Shown piece after piece: positions 23,301 to 36,871 of a stretch of DNA of 64,000 bases. Source of the DNA: Psammoneis japonica (Eukaryota); the NCBI GenBank assembly GCA_008632985.1, contig QPGO01000060.1, positions 62,001 through 126,000 of the forward strand, read 5' to 3'. Both the position numbers and the translations under genes were made by a program. The stretch's first letter is position 1; every line of letters starts with the position of its first letter. The notes beneath the pieces were generated by a model. It did no database searches. It saw nothing but the letters and a program-made list of their open reading frames with translations, and was not told where the DNA came from.

Positions 23301-26300
23301 CGCTTCATGAGCAAGCCCATTGGATCTCATGGGGGTGCACACATTGCCATGTCTTGACTTGACAGAAGAGAACATGGTGTCAGAGCACATCTCCTTCACA
23401 ATGTGCCTGTGACAAAGTTGGCAGTCATTTGTGTGGAGTTAGCATGACAGCATCGGGTGCAACACAGTCCAGGTCTCACAATGAGTGGCAACCTTGACCA
23501 TGTTCTCCATGTCTTTGAGGCTGATTGACCAGTTCTTGACAAATTTCTCAGTGTCCACCTTCAAGCCCCATCTTGTTGTCTTGAGCAAAGAGAGGCTGAT
23601 AGAGGCAAGGAGCACACAATCATTGCACATGTTTGCGATGTCTTGAAGCAGCTTGTTGCCCAGAGCATCTGAGGTTGCTTGTGCCAGTGCATTGTGCAAG
23701 AGCTTTGCACTCACACATGATGCCCCTTTGAGGACTTACATTGTCCCCAGTCTCGGGTACGTGGCCAAGGGGATTTGTCATGGAGTTCTCCCTGGCATGG
23801 CAGTCTGAGTCCTGGGATCCCATTTGGGGGACTCATGGATGAGGTTGTCTGCTGTGCTGTCTTGCACAGCAGCCTCACATTCAGAAACAGCGGGTTTCAC
23901 AGTGGGAAAGTAACTCACAACTCTGTGGAGCTCAAGTGGGGTCAACAGTTGGTTGTCATCCACATCCTTGAGTGTTGCTGCATGTGACAAACTGTCAGGC
24001 CATGTCAGCAGGAACTTCAGTTTTAAGTTCAGACCTGCATCATTCAGCCACAACTGCATGGGACACAGAAGGTTGTGCTCTGGGTGAAGCACATGAACAG
24101 CTTGGTGTGCAACCAAAATGTGATGTTGGCCTGTGGCAGGGTCATCCGTGTGCATCACAGTGCCTCTGACAGTGTGCAAGCTTTTGCTGGCACCCAAGTC
24201 TGGGTCTCAACCTGTGACATCCACTGGATGATCATGATTGAGTGGCATCAATGTGTGTTCACCCCATGTGCTCCTGTCTGCATGACTGTCTGTCTCAGTC
24301 CAAGATTCCTTGTGCTCGACTTCATCACGGCAGTCTGAGTCAGGTGCAAAGTCTGAAGCAGGCTGAGATGCTGCATGACCCCGGAGGATCATTCCTTCTT
24401 CCATCCAGGCTTAAGGCCACCATTCTTGTCATGCCTGTTCTTGGCCATGGTGTCTTTGAGGAGAGCAAAGTCATCCCAATTGCGGCACTGCTTGACAGCA
24501 GGTGGCTTTTTGGCTTCATTGCCATCAGAATCACTGATGGTGTTGTCCTGACCCTCAAGGTGGGCTGAAACAGCAGCTGCAGACTGAGTGAGGGCCTTGA
24601 CTTGCTTGGCAGCATCAGACTTAACATCACTGCGGGCATCACAGAGGGACTTCGGCCACAATCCTTGTTGGGACAGCACTTGTCCTCAATGTCCTCTGCA
24701 TGGGGATGACGTTGTCATGCTTGCATTTGCCAGTCTTTGGAGCTGCACAAGGATTGGTTGACTTCCTTGGCAGACTTGGACTGCTTGATGAAGTCCTTGC
24801 ACAGGACGACACATGCATCAAAGTTGCTGCACAGCATGGGGCCAGCCACAATTGGTGTCTTAATTAGATTGATTGTCAACACTGGCACAGCTGCACTCCT
24901 TGAGGCCTTCAAGGATTGTGTGTTGCTCAACACGAATGTGGACGCAGTGCTTGAAATTCCAATTGCGCCGCCACTTGCCATGGTGAGAAAGGCCTGCCAG
25001 GTGCTTTTTGGCCACATGGGCCACATGATTGTTCATGTTCTTAGGGCCCAGGAAATGGTTGCACAGGTTGTGACAGGCAGCCAGTCCTGCCATCCTGTGC
25101 ATGTTTGGCAGACTTGACACAAGCCCAGCATGAGTGCTTCCTGGTGACACCCGCCATGATGTGCCAAACCTTGTGGTTGTTGGAGACAAAGGTTTCAGTG
25201 GGCTGGGGGTTTGCTCCGGCAGTCACATGGGGTGCTTGAGCAATCATCTCAACAATGGCATCCCTGCTGGAGTTGTCCTGATCATCTCCGGCCTTGGGTG
25301 GAACAGCTGGGTCATCATGGATGACACAAGCAAGCAACATCTTGGTCTCTCCCCAACAAGCATGCAGGTGCTCCAAAATGGACTCGGTGGTCTTGGGCCA
25401 GTCCTTTTTGATGATGGCTGGCAAGGTTTCTGGAACTTTGTAGGAAGCTTTGGAGAGGTGGTGGTGTCCCCTGATGTGGTTGAGGACAATGTCAATCAGA
25501 CAGAGAGTTCAGGAGATGCATGCATGGTGTCGAGCAGCACAGGCGGCAAGCTTGAGATTTGTCTTGGCACGCAGAGAGATGGCAGCACCCAAACCAGGTT
25601 GGGGTGCAGCTTCTGGGTCTGCTGGAGGTGCAGCACCACTGGGTCTGCAAACAAACTTGCACAAGAATTTGACCTCATGGTCATCTAAATGAGACAGTTC
25701 ATTGACTGAGTTGATTCTCTGCTCATTGGGCAAGGCTGCAGACCCTCCATCTGTGAAGTCTGGCTGGTGGCATGCGGCGTGCATTGCTGCAACAGCCACC
25801 ATGGTGGTGCAGAAGTGGTTGCAATTTGTCCAAGTGGACAAAAATCTCACTTTTGTGTGAAAAGTGAGAACGATGTGCAAACTTTGCATTGCTTTTTCAT
25901 TGTTGCATGTGTTCCGTCAGTTTTGCTTGGCCGGTGTGTCCACAATGAGACATGGGTGGCTTAACAACTGTGTGTGTTCCTGCGATCCACTTGATCAACA
26001 TTGATGGTGAGGATTGAGCACCATGTGGTGGATTGCACTGCGTGATCATTCCATGAACCAAGCACATCGGCATGCCTTGTTGCTGGCTGTGCACTGAAGT
26101 TGAGGTTTTGGAGATCAAGATTGATCCTGTCAGCTCTGCTGCACAGCTCGATGACCGGTTTGCTAAAGGATTGACCACTGATCTATTCCGCATTGGTCAT
26201 AAAGCCCTTGTGGGCTGGTGACTGTTTGGCCTCCTTCTCTTTTTGGTTGAGAGGGAGAGTGACAAATCAAATGCCGAGTCTGATTCACGGATGGCGCTTC
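20330..26300 (-). mobile_element. Old, heavily mutated Ty1/Copia (CoDi-like) LTR retrotransposon; 5' LTR not found, both ends approximate
   Basis: Gag (AISLRAKTNLKLA, KKDWPKTTESI) from ~25803; HNLLCPMQL; integrase region; WRDSATSWERLADLKESNPTELAEHA; RT remnants PREGHLEA and LVFDP. PPT-like GAGGGAAC followed by TG at 20560-20551. Confidence 0.85.
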
Positions 26301-29300
26301 TGGTCATCAATCTCTGCTTCCAGAAGAAATGTCCGTTGAGTCACAGCGACAGCAATCAGAGTGACACAACCGACCATTGGGTCAACATGTCATCTCCAAA
26401 CCACCGTGAGATCTTCTCACAATTTGCATCTTTGGAGCATCTTGTTGTCCCCTGCAGCTGTTCATCATCCTCTGCACGCACTGTGCAACCTCAAGCTCCA
26501 CTCTCCCCTTACACTGTGTGTTGTTGCATCCCAATTGCACCCCAAGTGGGGCAGGATGTCCTCTCCACACAAACACTCTTGACAAGACCAAGAAGAGAAG
26601 TGGTGGCATGCAACCTGTCATGACCAGCAACTTGATGATGCTGCAAGAACAACAGCTCGGGAATTCTGCAGCACCAGTTGTTCCCATGTTCAAGCCCATC
26701 ATGATCCCTGAGGTGCCACTCAATGGGATCCACATGGCAATGCCAAAAAATCATCTGTTTGGGCATTTGGCCATTCCGGTTGGTCATCTGACAGATTCTC
26801 AGAGGATTGCAGGTCCTTGCCACATGTGTGCTCCCCTGAAGAGCAAGAAGAGAGCCCACATGGATCCTTTCATTGTAAGGGCTGTGCTGGAACCATGAAA
26901 TTGGCTGCTCGGAAAATTTGCCATCAACCTGCCCAAGCCCAGTGTGTGGCTCCCACTCTGCTGCTGGACAAAGCCCACACAATGATGCTGTGAAGTCAAC
27001 AGCTCAGGGATCCAAATGATCCACAAAGCTTGCTGGCTGCCTGGTGGCTCCCCAAGAAACAGCATGTCCATGGCACAGGCACACTCTCACAAATGTGAGA
27101 CAGAAGAGAAACCGCACCCGTCCTTTGACAATTTTGCAGACCAACCTCCATGAGTCAGCACATCAAGAACACAGATGCAAAGGATGATCACAGATGCAAA
27201 GGACAATTCTTCCATCACAGCCAACAAAGCAAAGGGCAAATCCCAAGATTTTCTCTGAGAAACCACCAGGTGGGGGTCACGCAACAGCGGCAACATCCTG
27301 GTCCAAACCATGACTTCCATCTGTGACAAAGTCGACCAACAGGAAGAAATGCTGAAGACTGTGGAAGCTGCACTGCAGACCAGAGCCGTGATGACGACTC
27401 TGCCTGTGGGGGGCAGCACACACCAAGAAGAGCAAAGAGTTGGCTGACATCAAAGTGTCGTGCCCCACACCAATGGGGCACACAACTCTAAAAAAACGGT
27501 GAGTCCAACAAAGGGCGATGCCAGTGAAGCAGGCACAGGGCAGGCACAACAGACAATGAAGCATGCTGCAAAAACAAGGCTCATGACTTTGAAAAAGAAA
27601 GACTTGCCAAAAGATCATCAAACATCCAGCCTGATGCCAAGAGAGAGGGCAAGTCTGATGGAGACAATTGCAACAATGACGACAACAATTTGACATCTGT
27701 GTTGACCACCCCACCTCATCGTGCAGTCCACAATGACTCTGAGGGTACATCTCAACCTGCAAGGGACAGCGGGTGTGCCCTACCCAGTGCTTTTGTTGCC
27801 AGTGGCGGCACCGGCTGAGTGATGCTGTGCTCCCAACAAGCAATGGCCGGGTCAAATGAATGGCAAAATGCCGTTGTTGGTGATTCCAGCATTTTGGCAC
27901 CAGACCAGAACACAATCTCTGGAGCCAACTGAGGCCTGTGCAGTTGTTGCCAATGATCATGGCATGAGGCTGGAAAGGCTGAAGGAAGCTGTCAAGTTGT
28001 TACAACTGAGCCAAGCCATCGTCGACGCTGCCAACATTCAAAGGCAGCCAAACCTGCAGCCAGCACCAATGTGGCTGCCAACATTCAAAGTGCAGCCAAG
28101 CCTGCAGCCACCACCAAACATGGTGGGTTTGGCAAAGCATTTTCATTTTTTGGTCATTCAGAAAGTTGCAAGAAAAACAGAGGGCTGTTCTGGCATGGAT
28201 GGCTGGGGAGGCTTGCCATTTTGAGTTGCCATTGTTGGAGACAGGAGCTTCAGTGCAAAGCTCCCTGTCTCATTCCTGCAGCCCTGCACCCCCACAAAGG
28301 CTTCATTGCATTCCAGCAGTGAATGGCATGGGACAAGAGTCCAACATTTTGGTTTTGTGCACACAATTTTCACAATTTGAGCTCTGCCACTTTAGGTTCT
28401 TCCATGTTTCCTGCTGCGTCTTTTGTGGCACAAACCTGCTTCGATTCTCTGAGGCACTTGGCTGCTGCATTGGTGGTTGCCACTTGAGCGTGGATGAATG
28501 AAGGTCAAGGGCACCCATGATGGAAAAGGTGGGGGTGCACATTTCATCTCAAGACAGTCATTGTGAAGCTCAATTTTCTGAGCGAGAACCCAACGTCGAC
28601 CGCACAACCTGAGAGCATCAATGCAGTGATGCAAGGACTTGCACTGCTGCTCCCCACAACAAGCACGGGTGGTTGAAACTGCCCCACACCCCACAACAAA
28701 CCTGTGTTTGTTGTTTCTTCATTTGCGATGTTGGGTGTTGGTTGCATGTTGCACACCACAGGCTGATTGAGGACCTTTCTTATTTTGTGTGAACTGGGTT
28801 GGGAAAGCACCTCCATGAAAAAGACAAGCCCAGAACCTTGGTGGTGCACCAAGCAAACAACAGGCCCCTTGGTTGGGAAAGCACCAAGCCAACAAAGCCC
28901 CAAGTTTATCATGTCACTCATCAAAAAGCGTTGAGTGTGGCCATTGCAAGAGCTGGTGGACCAACAACACAGAAGCGCAATGACCTTGTTTTGGTGGACA
29001 CTCCAAGGCTTCACACTGTGTGCCGCATGATGTTTGGTTTTTGCTTTTGCACAGCCTTTCTTGTGTCTTTTCCACACCCCTCAAAGACCCCCACATGGCA
29101 AGGTTTTCTCACCTGTGGGCATGACGACAGCAAACACACACAACACATTCGCGCTGTGCGCATTTCTGACAGACTGCGCTGATGTTTGCTGCTCTCAAAG
29201 CACAAAGCACACACTTTAACACACAGTTTGGGACTCGGCAAAACATCTTCTGCAACCATCTTCTGACTTCTGAAGGTGCAGAGAGAGCAGCGAACGGTCA

Positions 29301-29329
29301 TTTCTCATTTCATTTGCAGTGAGCAGTGA

Positions 29330-30892
29330 ATGGCCACTTCATTGACTGCATCTCGACAAAAAACAATGTCAAAGTTCTTTGATGCCACCAAGCACCATGG
29401 CGGTGGCCGCAAGATTGATCAAAACTGCATGCTGAAGGAAGCATTTGCAAAAGCTCGAGCCAACAATGAGCAGCCCTGATTCAAAACAATGACCTGGCTC
29501 ATCGCAGATGTGCATGGCCAAGGCCACCACTCCATCTCCCAGGCCAAATGCCACCACCGGAAGGCTGCTGGACACTTCGACGAACCTCACGATCAAATGC
29601 GAAAGTTGAGATCAGTTGCCATTGTTCTCACCAAGGAGCAGTTGGAGGCTCGAGGTGGAGCAACTTTGACTGAGCAGCAAGTCAACCACGGATTTGCTCC
29701 TGCTGCTCTGGCTTCTCTGTGCCGGGTGTTGACCATTTCTGTCTTTTGCGGTCAGCAGTGGAAGCAACCATGGAAGGTCAGCACCCAGGTGATGGAGGTG
29801 CCCACAATGTGGAAGAAAGCTGGGGCATGGAAACCCTGCTTGGGTCGGATTCAACTGGTCTGTTGGTTGCACCATTGTGCATCTGGGTTGTTGGGTGCTG
29901 GCAGTGCCATTTTGCCTCGCGACCGCATCGGGGTGTGGAAGTGCATGTCAAGTGTCAAGAGTGTCATCGCCAATCGCCTGCACACCAAGCATGACATCAT
30001 CAAGCAGTGGTGCGTGACAGAGCCAACAAACGAAGAAATGCACACCCGTGCAGGCGCTGCTCTGCTTCCTCCAACAGACAATGGGAACGATGACAGCACT
30101 GGTGTCATGGTGCCCCACAATCCATGTGCTCAGTTGGATTGTCAGGAGCTGCTTTGACAGGCGAGAGCCCATGAACAGCAGGTGAATTTGTGTGAAGAAC
30201 GTGCACACGTGGAGAAGAAAATGCGCTTCAAGGAGAAGAAAATGGAGCACCAGCGGGCCGTGGCATTTCACAGAGTTTTTCAACAACAACAGGTTGTGTT
30301 GCTCAGCGGCGCAAGCGCTGGAACCACTGTGGCCGCAGCGAGCACTTCAGTGACCAGCAGCAACAACGCCGTTGCGACTCCTGCTCCTTTGTCAGCGACC
30401 GGCAATGCCGTTGACGGAACTGCTGCAAATCGGTCTCCTGCTCCTTTGGCGACCGGCAACGCCATTGTGGGAACTGCGAATCGGGCTCCTGCTCCTTTGG
30501 CGACCAACAACGCCATTGCTGGAACTGCAAACCGGGCTCCTGCTCCTTTGGAGACTGGCAATGCTGTTGTTGCTGGAGCTGCTCTGGCTGCCAAGGGCAA
30601 CAATGGATTGGCCGCAGCGGCGGCTTTGGTGTCCGGCAGCAACAACAACGGGTTGGAAGCTCCGGCAACTGATGTCAAGATTGAGTTGGAAGCTCTGACC
30701 ATCGGAACAAACAATGGGGTGGAAGCCCAGGTTGTCGAGGCCAAGATCAAGTTGGAAGCTCTGGTCGTCGATGCCAAGATTGAGTTGGAAGCTCCGATTG
30801 TTGAGACCAACTGCAGGCATGGCTTGTTGAAAGCAACAGAGGGGCATGCCAAGGAGGCGCTGGAAGCGGCAAGCGGCAGACCCACCCATTGA
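29330..30892 (+). pseudogene. Hypermutated ORF with coiled-coil segment and Ala/Asn/Thr-rich repeats; probably element-borne
   Basis: ORFs 29489-30157 and 30182-30892 lie in one frame separated by TGA. No Tyr. Confidence 0.45.
30380..30570 (+). repeat. ~51-54-bp coding tandem repeat, about 3.5 copies (PAPLATGNAIVGTANRA)
   Basis: cctgctcctttg recurs at ~30380, 30437, 30488 and 30539. Confidence 0.9.
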
Positions 30893-31192
30893 CGAGCCGT
30901 TGAAAGTTTCGCCGGAAGTGGCACCTGTCCACGAGCAGTTGGAAGCTGGGCCCGCCTTGTTGGACACGGAAGCGTCATGTGGCTTGGTTGCAGGCTGCCG
31001 CGCACGTGACCACAACGGGTGCACCGGAGCTTTTGTCAACATGTCAGCCACTGGGAAAGCCGTTTGGCAGTTCCCTGGCAGTTGCCACACGTTGTTGTGT
31101 CTTTTTCAAAATGAATGGTTGCCAAGCACTTTGTTCAAAGGGCAGGGACTTTTGTCCTTGTTGAGCCATTTGCGGCTGCATTTCCTGCAAGA

Positions 31193-31564
31193 AGCTCGGG
31201 TTTTCATTTTCTGTCTTTCAACTTGGCCTGCACAAATCAACACGCAGTGTCATTTTTCACCACTCGAAACTTTGCACACGCCTCCCTCCAAAAATCACAA
31301 TTGAAAAACCAGAAAACATTTGGGGCTCTGCACAGCGTCAAATTCATGCGAAAAATGGTGAAAATTCAATGGGGCAAGAGCTCGGGTTTTCATTTTCTGT
31401 CTTTCAACTTGGCCTGCACAAATCAACACGCAGTGTCATTTTTCACCACTCGAAACTTTGCACATGCCTCCCTCCTAAAATCACAGTTGAAAAACCAGAA
31501 AACATTTGGGGCTCTGCACAGCATCAAATTCATGTGAAAAATGGTGAAAATTCAATGGGGCAAG
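31193..31564. repeat. 186-bp near-perfect tandem duplication
   Basis: cactcgaaac at 31261 and 31447; tggggctctg at 31321 and 31507. Confidence 0.95.
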
Positions 31565-31772
31565 ACCAAAAAGGACTGAAAGCAGTGAGCGCCTTTTTCT
31601 TCTCCTGCACTCCAACTGCACAGCAGCATCCAGGCAGCGGGTTCAGCCAAGTGCTTGTTGCACATCTGATGTGGCAGTGGGTTTGGCCACCATGTGCTTG
31701 CACAGTTCTTAAATGTCCTGAGACCACTGTGGCAGTGGGTTTGGCTGTGTGCTCGCACAATTCTTTTTAAAA

Positions 31773-34280
31773 GTCCTGAGATGACCAGTTCTTCAAAATG
31801 CCCCAAAAAGATCCTCTTTCACAACATTGTTGTAGTGAACCCAAGCTTGAGCATTTTATAAAGTCTCATTCATGATGAGGAATTCTTCAAAACTTGGACT
31901 CTAGGGCTGCCTTGCCTCCTTGCCTTTGATTCGTCTTTAGCTTGAATCTGGCAGAAAAATGGCGTCTTTTCCTTTTGTTTTTGTCTCATCTTCTTACAGC
32001 AAATTGAACAGGTTCATTCTATGTGAGGTGAAGTTGAGTAAAAAATGCAAGGGCTCGTCACGTATGTACGTGCGGCTACGCAATTGGCATTGCAAATGGT
32101 CGAAACTCGCACAGATTCTCCTTTTTTGCTTAAAAACACGATTTCCCGCAGACCCTTATGGTTCTTCAATGACAATGTCCTGAGATGACCAGTTAGTTCT
32201 TCAAACAGCCAAAAATATCCTTTTCTAAGAATTTATTGCAGTGGACCTCAGCTTGAGTGGTTCTTTTAAAGAGGGTATGAGACGAAAATTGTGAGGACTT
32301 TCTTCAGGTATGATTTCTACACAAAATTATGGTTTCCTTCAACCAAGTGTCCTGCATTCTTAATTAGTTTCTCCTTGACTTAGTGCAAGCTCCAAAGATT
32401 TTTTATCAACAAGACATTACAGTTAGCAAAAATGATCGTGTTTTTTTTTGCCCTAAATTTTTGAACGGGCTACTTAGGTGGGAAAAGGTATCGTAAGGTG
32501 CAGTTTCTTTCACTCAATAGTTAGCTAAGACAGTAGAGGAAATGTCGGCGTGCTTGAATTCAAAGAGGCGATTAATGAGCTATCGCCAAAAGGGAATTTC
32601 CGTTGAGCGACACACTTTACTTGTAAGTACGTATGCGCATGCCGACCACACATGTGGTTCGTTAAAAAAATACAATGCTTTTATCTGACGACGAATTCCT
32701 GATTCCAATGATTTTCACTGAAAATGCGAGCAGAAACGATTTTCACAATTTTCGTCACCTTAGTCCCATGACGAGCAGTTATTCAAACATTAAGCTCAAG
32801 GGCTCATAAAATAAACAAAATCTCAGTGCTACCTTGCTTCCGTGCCTTCGGTGATGCGAGAATGTCAAATGTCCTAATTTGTACGTTGGCTGTCATTTGG
32901 ACAGTGATTTGCAAATCGATTTTAGGTTTTGGTGTAGTCAAAGTTGACATCATTATCGTCCATTCATTCTTTGTAGTGCATCATAGGAGCTGGCCAATGA
33001 GAAAACTCCTAAGATACACAAGCGGCTGATTCATGAGTACTTTTATATATTTTTGATGGTTGCTTTGTATGCATGCATTGTTTCTATTCCACTTCTTTGT
33101 GGATGTGTCAACACAATGCACCATGCCTGAATAACAGACTGAACAGAAGAAAACAAACGATGATGGTATGGTGTGTGAACATAAAAAGGAGATCGTGAAA
33201 CATTGACAATTATGGCAGAATTGTTTTGCATTTATGGATTGTCTTCACTCTCGGGTTCGCCGATTACGTGAATAACAGAATTTTCTGCGTTTTCGGTCAT
33301 GACACAAAATTATTGTGAGAACACAGTTTTTCACTTCATTGAAATGTTTGTTTCCTGCACAGTTGTTATATATTAGTACCTGCGCACATTGCATTTTGAT
33401 GTGAACGTTTCCCGCAGATCGGGCACGACACACCTGCACCGTCCGAGAATATTCATTATGAAGGTGTTCATTCACATTTTCGAAATCTGAGCAGAAAAAT
33501 GTTAAGAGATAAACAACTGTCGTCTGTTGGAATCACGAAAAGAAAGTATCCAAAAAATTGACAAATCAAAATCGTAACAAAAACCACGATAAGATAAATA
33601 AAAATAGTGACAAAAATTATGATAAATAATACAAAAAAAGTTAAAAGTCGTGACTATAAGGAGACTTATCTAGCTAGCTTCCGTTATCGGCATATAAAGA
33701 CATTCATCCATCAAGGATCGCGGACGGTGCTAGAACACTGACGAAACTGTCGCCACTGTTGCCAAAAGGGTGCTAATTCTACTGGAGTTGGAATCAACTC
33801 TGACGATCAATAGTTTTCAGTGGTGATTATTATTTATGAACATGTCGAGTGTGGCAAAGAAAAAGGAGTGTCTCAAGCATACTCACAGGGGGGAAAGTTG
33901 GATGGTGTTGCTTGCTGAGGCGCAGGTGACTGTCACAATCCGTCTTCCATGATTTTGTCCATCCATTCGCCATTTTTGTTGTGTTCAGGAAAGCAGGGTC
34001 AAGCGTGTCGTTTGTGGAAACATGTCCTGAGATGACCAGTTCTTCAAAACAACCCAAAAAGATCCTCTTTCACAACATAACATTGTTGCAGTGAACCCAA
34101 GCTTGAGTATTTTAAGTCTCATTCATGATGAGGAATTCTTCAAATATTGGACTCTAGGGCTGCCTTGCCTCCTTGCCTTTGATTATCCTTAGCTTGAATC
34201 TGGCGGAAAAATGGCGTCTTTTCCTTTTTTTTTGTCTCATCTTCTTACAGCAAATTGAACAGGTTCATTCTATGTGAGGA
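31773..34280. repeat. ~255-bp dispersed direct repeat (31773-32030 and 34024-34280) with a partial third copy at ~32175-32260
   Basis: gtcctgagatgaccagttcttcaaaa...ggttcattctatgtgagg is alignable in both full copies. Confidence 0.9.
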
Positions 34281-34729
34281 TATCTCAAAAAAGATCAATT
34301 GAAAGGATTTGAATGCTCTGCTGAGAAAAAGGTGAGTTGGACAGTGTAGTATTTGGCACACTGCGGGTGGAGAATCTAAATCAGTTTGACTTGATGTTCA
34401 TTTTGAATTACATTTGTTCACTTCTTGCTAGACTGACTCGTGACATTCAGTGAAAGCTGGAAAAATCTTTGTGACTGACATATTTCACCTATCAAACATT
34501 GAATGGCGGAGTAACACAGTGGAAGTTGGTCAATTTTGGCGAGAATTATTACGTAGAATTAACGTCTGAGCCGCTGAAGTTTCTAGAACCTCATTTCAGT
34601 ATGACATAGATAGCAGTGTCTCAATACTAATTTATACAATTATTGATCTACGTGTTGTCTACGTGAATCGCTGAATCTCATTACAAGTGTACCACAGAAT
34701 GTTCACATACATACAAATAAAAATGATGT

Positions 34730-35960
34730 GCTTCTTCATTCTTTGTACAGCCTTGGAACAAATGCAAAAACAAAAGGTGAGCTAAAGTCCATAGCTTACT
34801 GTCTTTTTGTGTGTTGGGTAACACTGCCTATCTCAGGACATTCAGTGGAAGCTATGCCTCTTTCAACACACCAAACCATGCATCCAATCCCCCCCCCCCC
34901 TTGCCACTACCGCAGCATCCAATCAAATGGGGTGCTGATGCAAAGTTCTTTACTCTCTCTGTCATACTTTTCTTTTCTTGCTGCTGGATAAGGATCTGCC
35001 ACAAAAAATTGACAGGCATCATGTCCAACTTTCCAGCAGCTTCAAAACTCTTCTGAATATTGAGCATTATCATGGGGACATCTGGTTCAGGGGATTGGGG
35101 CCAGGCGCTGCTGTCAACGACAAACTTCTCAGTTTTCTGTGTCAACTTTAAAGTTCACTGCATGAGGTGATCTGTCAGACGATGGCAAACTCCGTCAGTC
35201 CCCATCACCTTAGCATCTTCAATTTTTCCAGTGACTGACATGGTGAAGGGTCGCTGTGCTTCTTTATTCTTTTTGCAGCCTTGAAAAATATAAATCAAAA
35301 GGCAAGCCAATGTGGAAACTGGGGTTCACAGTGCCCATCTCAGGACATTCAGTAAAAATTGAAAGAAATTTGCCACCACAGAAGTGCCTAAGAGAAATGT
35401 TAAACAAAACTTAAACCTTGAGTGTTCACACAAATTTTAAATAAAAAATGCTTTGGTTATTCATTCTTGTACAGCTTGGTTGGAAAAAATGTAAAAACAA
35501 AATGCGAACCAACATGAAAGCGCTTAAGAAAAGTCAATGCCTCACTGGTTTTTTTGTGCTGGTGAACACAGCGCCTATCTCAGGACATGTGGGGTAAACT
35601 GAAAAAGTTTTTTGCAACCGCACGCCTTTCATTCTTGTACAGCTTGGTCGGAACACAAAACAAAAGGCGAGACAACGTGAAAGTGCATAAGAAAAGTAGT
35701 CAAGGCCTCACTGCCTTTCATTCTTGTACATCTAGCTTGGTTGGAACAAATGTAAAAACAAAAGGCGAGCCAACGTGAAAGCGCCTAAGAAAAGTCAATG
35801 ACTCACCGTTTTTTTTTCTTGTGTTGGGGAACACAGTGACTATCTCAGGACATTTAGCGAAAGCGGAAAGAATTTTTTGCAACCACATGCCTTTCAATGC
35901 ACCACCCAACCATGGCATCCAATTACCCACCTGCTCTACTGCCACAGCATCCAATCAGAT
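34730..35960. repeat. Cluster of degenerate direct repeats (ttcattcttgtacagcttgg... and atctcaggacat)
   Basis: Motifs recur at ~34735, 35460, 35627 and 35716, and at 34830, 35337, 35577 and 35842. Confidence 0.75.
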
Positions 35961-36159
35961 GAGTTGCTGGTGCAAGGATCATTGTCTCTGTCATATCAAT
36001 CCGGAAAATGAATACCCAGATAACGTTTGGTCTATTATATGGTCCAACATGCGTTCCTGCTCTACTATCGCATCATCTGCGAGGGGCTTCAAGGCATCCC
36101 GAGCTGCAGGCACAGGTGAATGCCTCGCTATGCAGCAGTGGGAAGGAGAAAAATATTTT

Positions 36160-36772
36160 GAAAACTTCCACACAACCAACATGCGCTACACTTTTATATG
36201 TACACTGCACCGAACAACATGGCCTAGAGTGGCAAGATGAAGGAAAACACCCTCAAAGTCACTCGAGACAACAACACCTAGTCTAGAGAAAGGATGTTCG
36301 GCATGATGAATAGAGGCAATCGTGCAAAGTTATCCTAAGAATTCACTCGAGACAACAACACCTAGAGAAAGGATGCTCAGCATGATGAATAGAGGCAATC
36401 GTGCGAAGTTAACCCTAAGAATAGACCACCTTCCACACCGAACAACATGGCCTAGTGTCAAGATGAAGGACAAACGTCCTTTAAAGTCACTTGAGGACAC
36501 CTCTAGAGAGAAAGGATGTTTGGCATAATGAATAGATGCAATCGTGCAAAGAACATGAAACGTGAAGCTATGACAGCATTTCGAAAACTTCCACACATCC
36601 AACATGCACTATAGTTATATGTAATTTGAATAGACCACCTTCACCGAACAACATGGCCCAGTGTCAAGACGAAGGACAAACATCCTCAAAGTCACTCGAG
36701 GACACCGAGAGAAAAAAGGATGCTTGGCATGATGAATAGATGCACTCGTGCAAAGAACATGAAATGTGAAGC
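36160..36772. repeat. Three degenerate ~200-230-bp tandem units downstream of the Argonaute gene
   Basis: caccgaacaacatggcc at ~36208, 36436 and 36642, each followed by aaggatg...gatgaataga...cgtgcaaag. Confidence 0.85.
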
Positions 36773-36871
36773 GATAAATCGTGTACACAGGAAAAGCAGC
36801 TTCGCCAGCTGCATCATAAACAAGCCCAACGGAGATGGGGTGAAAGCGGAATCGCTCCCTTGGTTTCCACT

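Noticed and set aside
26300..26700. 5' LTR of the 20-26 kb Copia
   Set aside because: No match to the sequence left of 20552 could be found by eye.
34730..36772. Possible CRISPR-like array
   Set aside because: Repeats are degenerate and irregularly spaced, the intervening sequence is itself repeated, there are no cas genes, and the context is eukaryotic.
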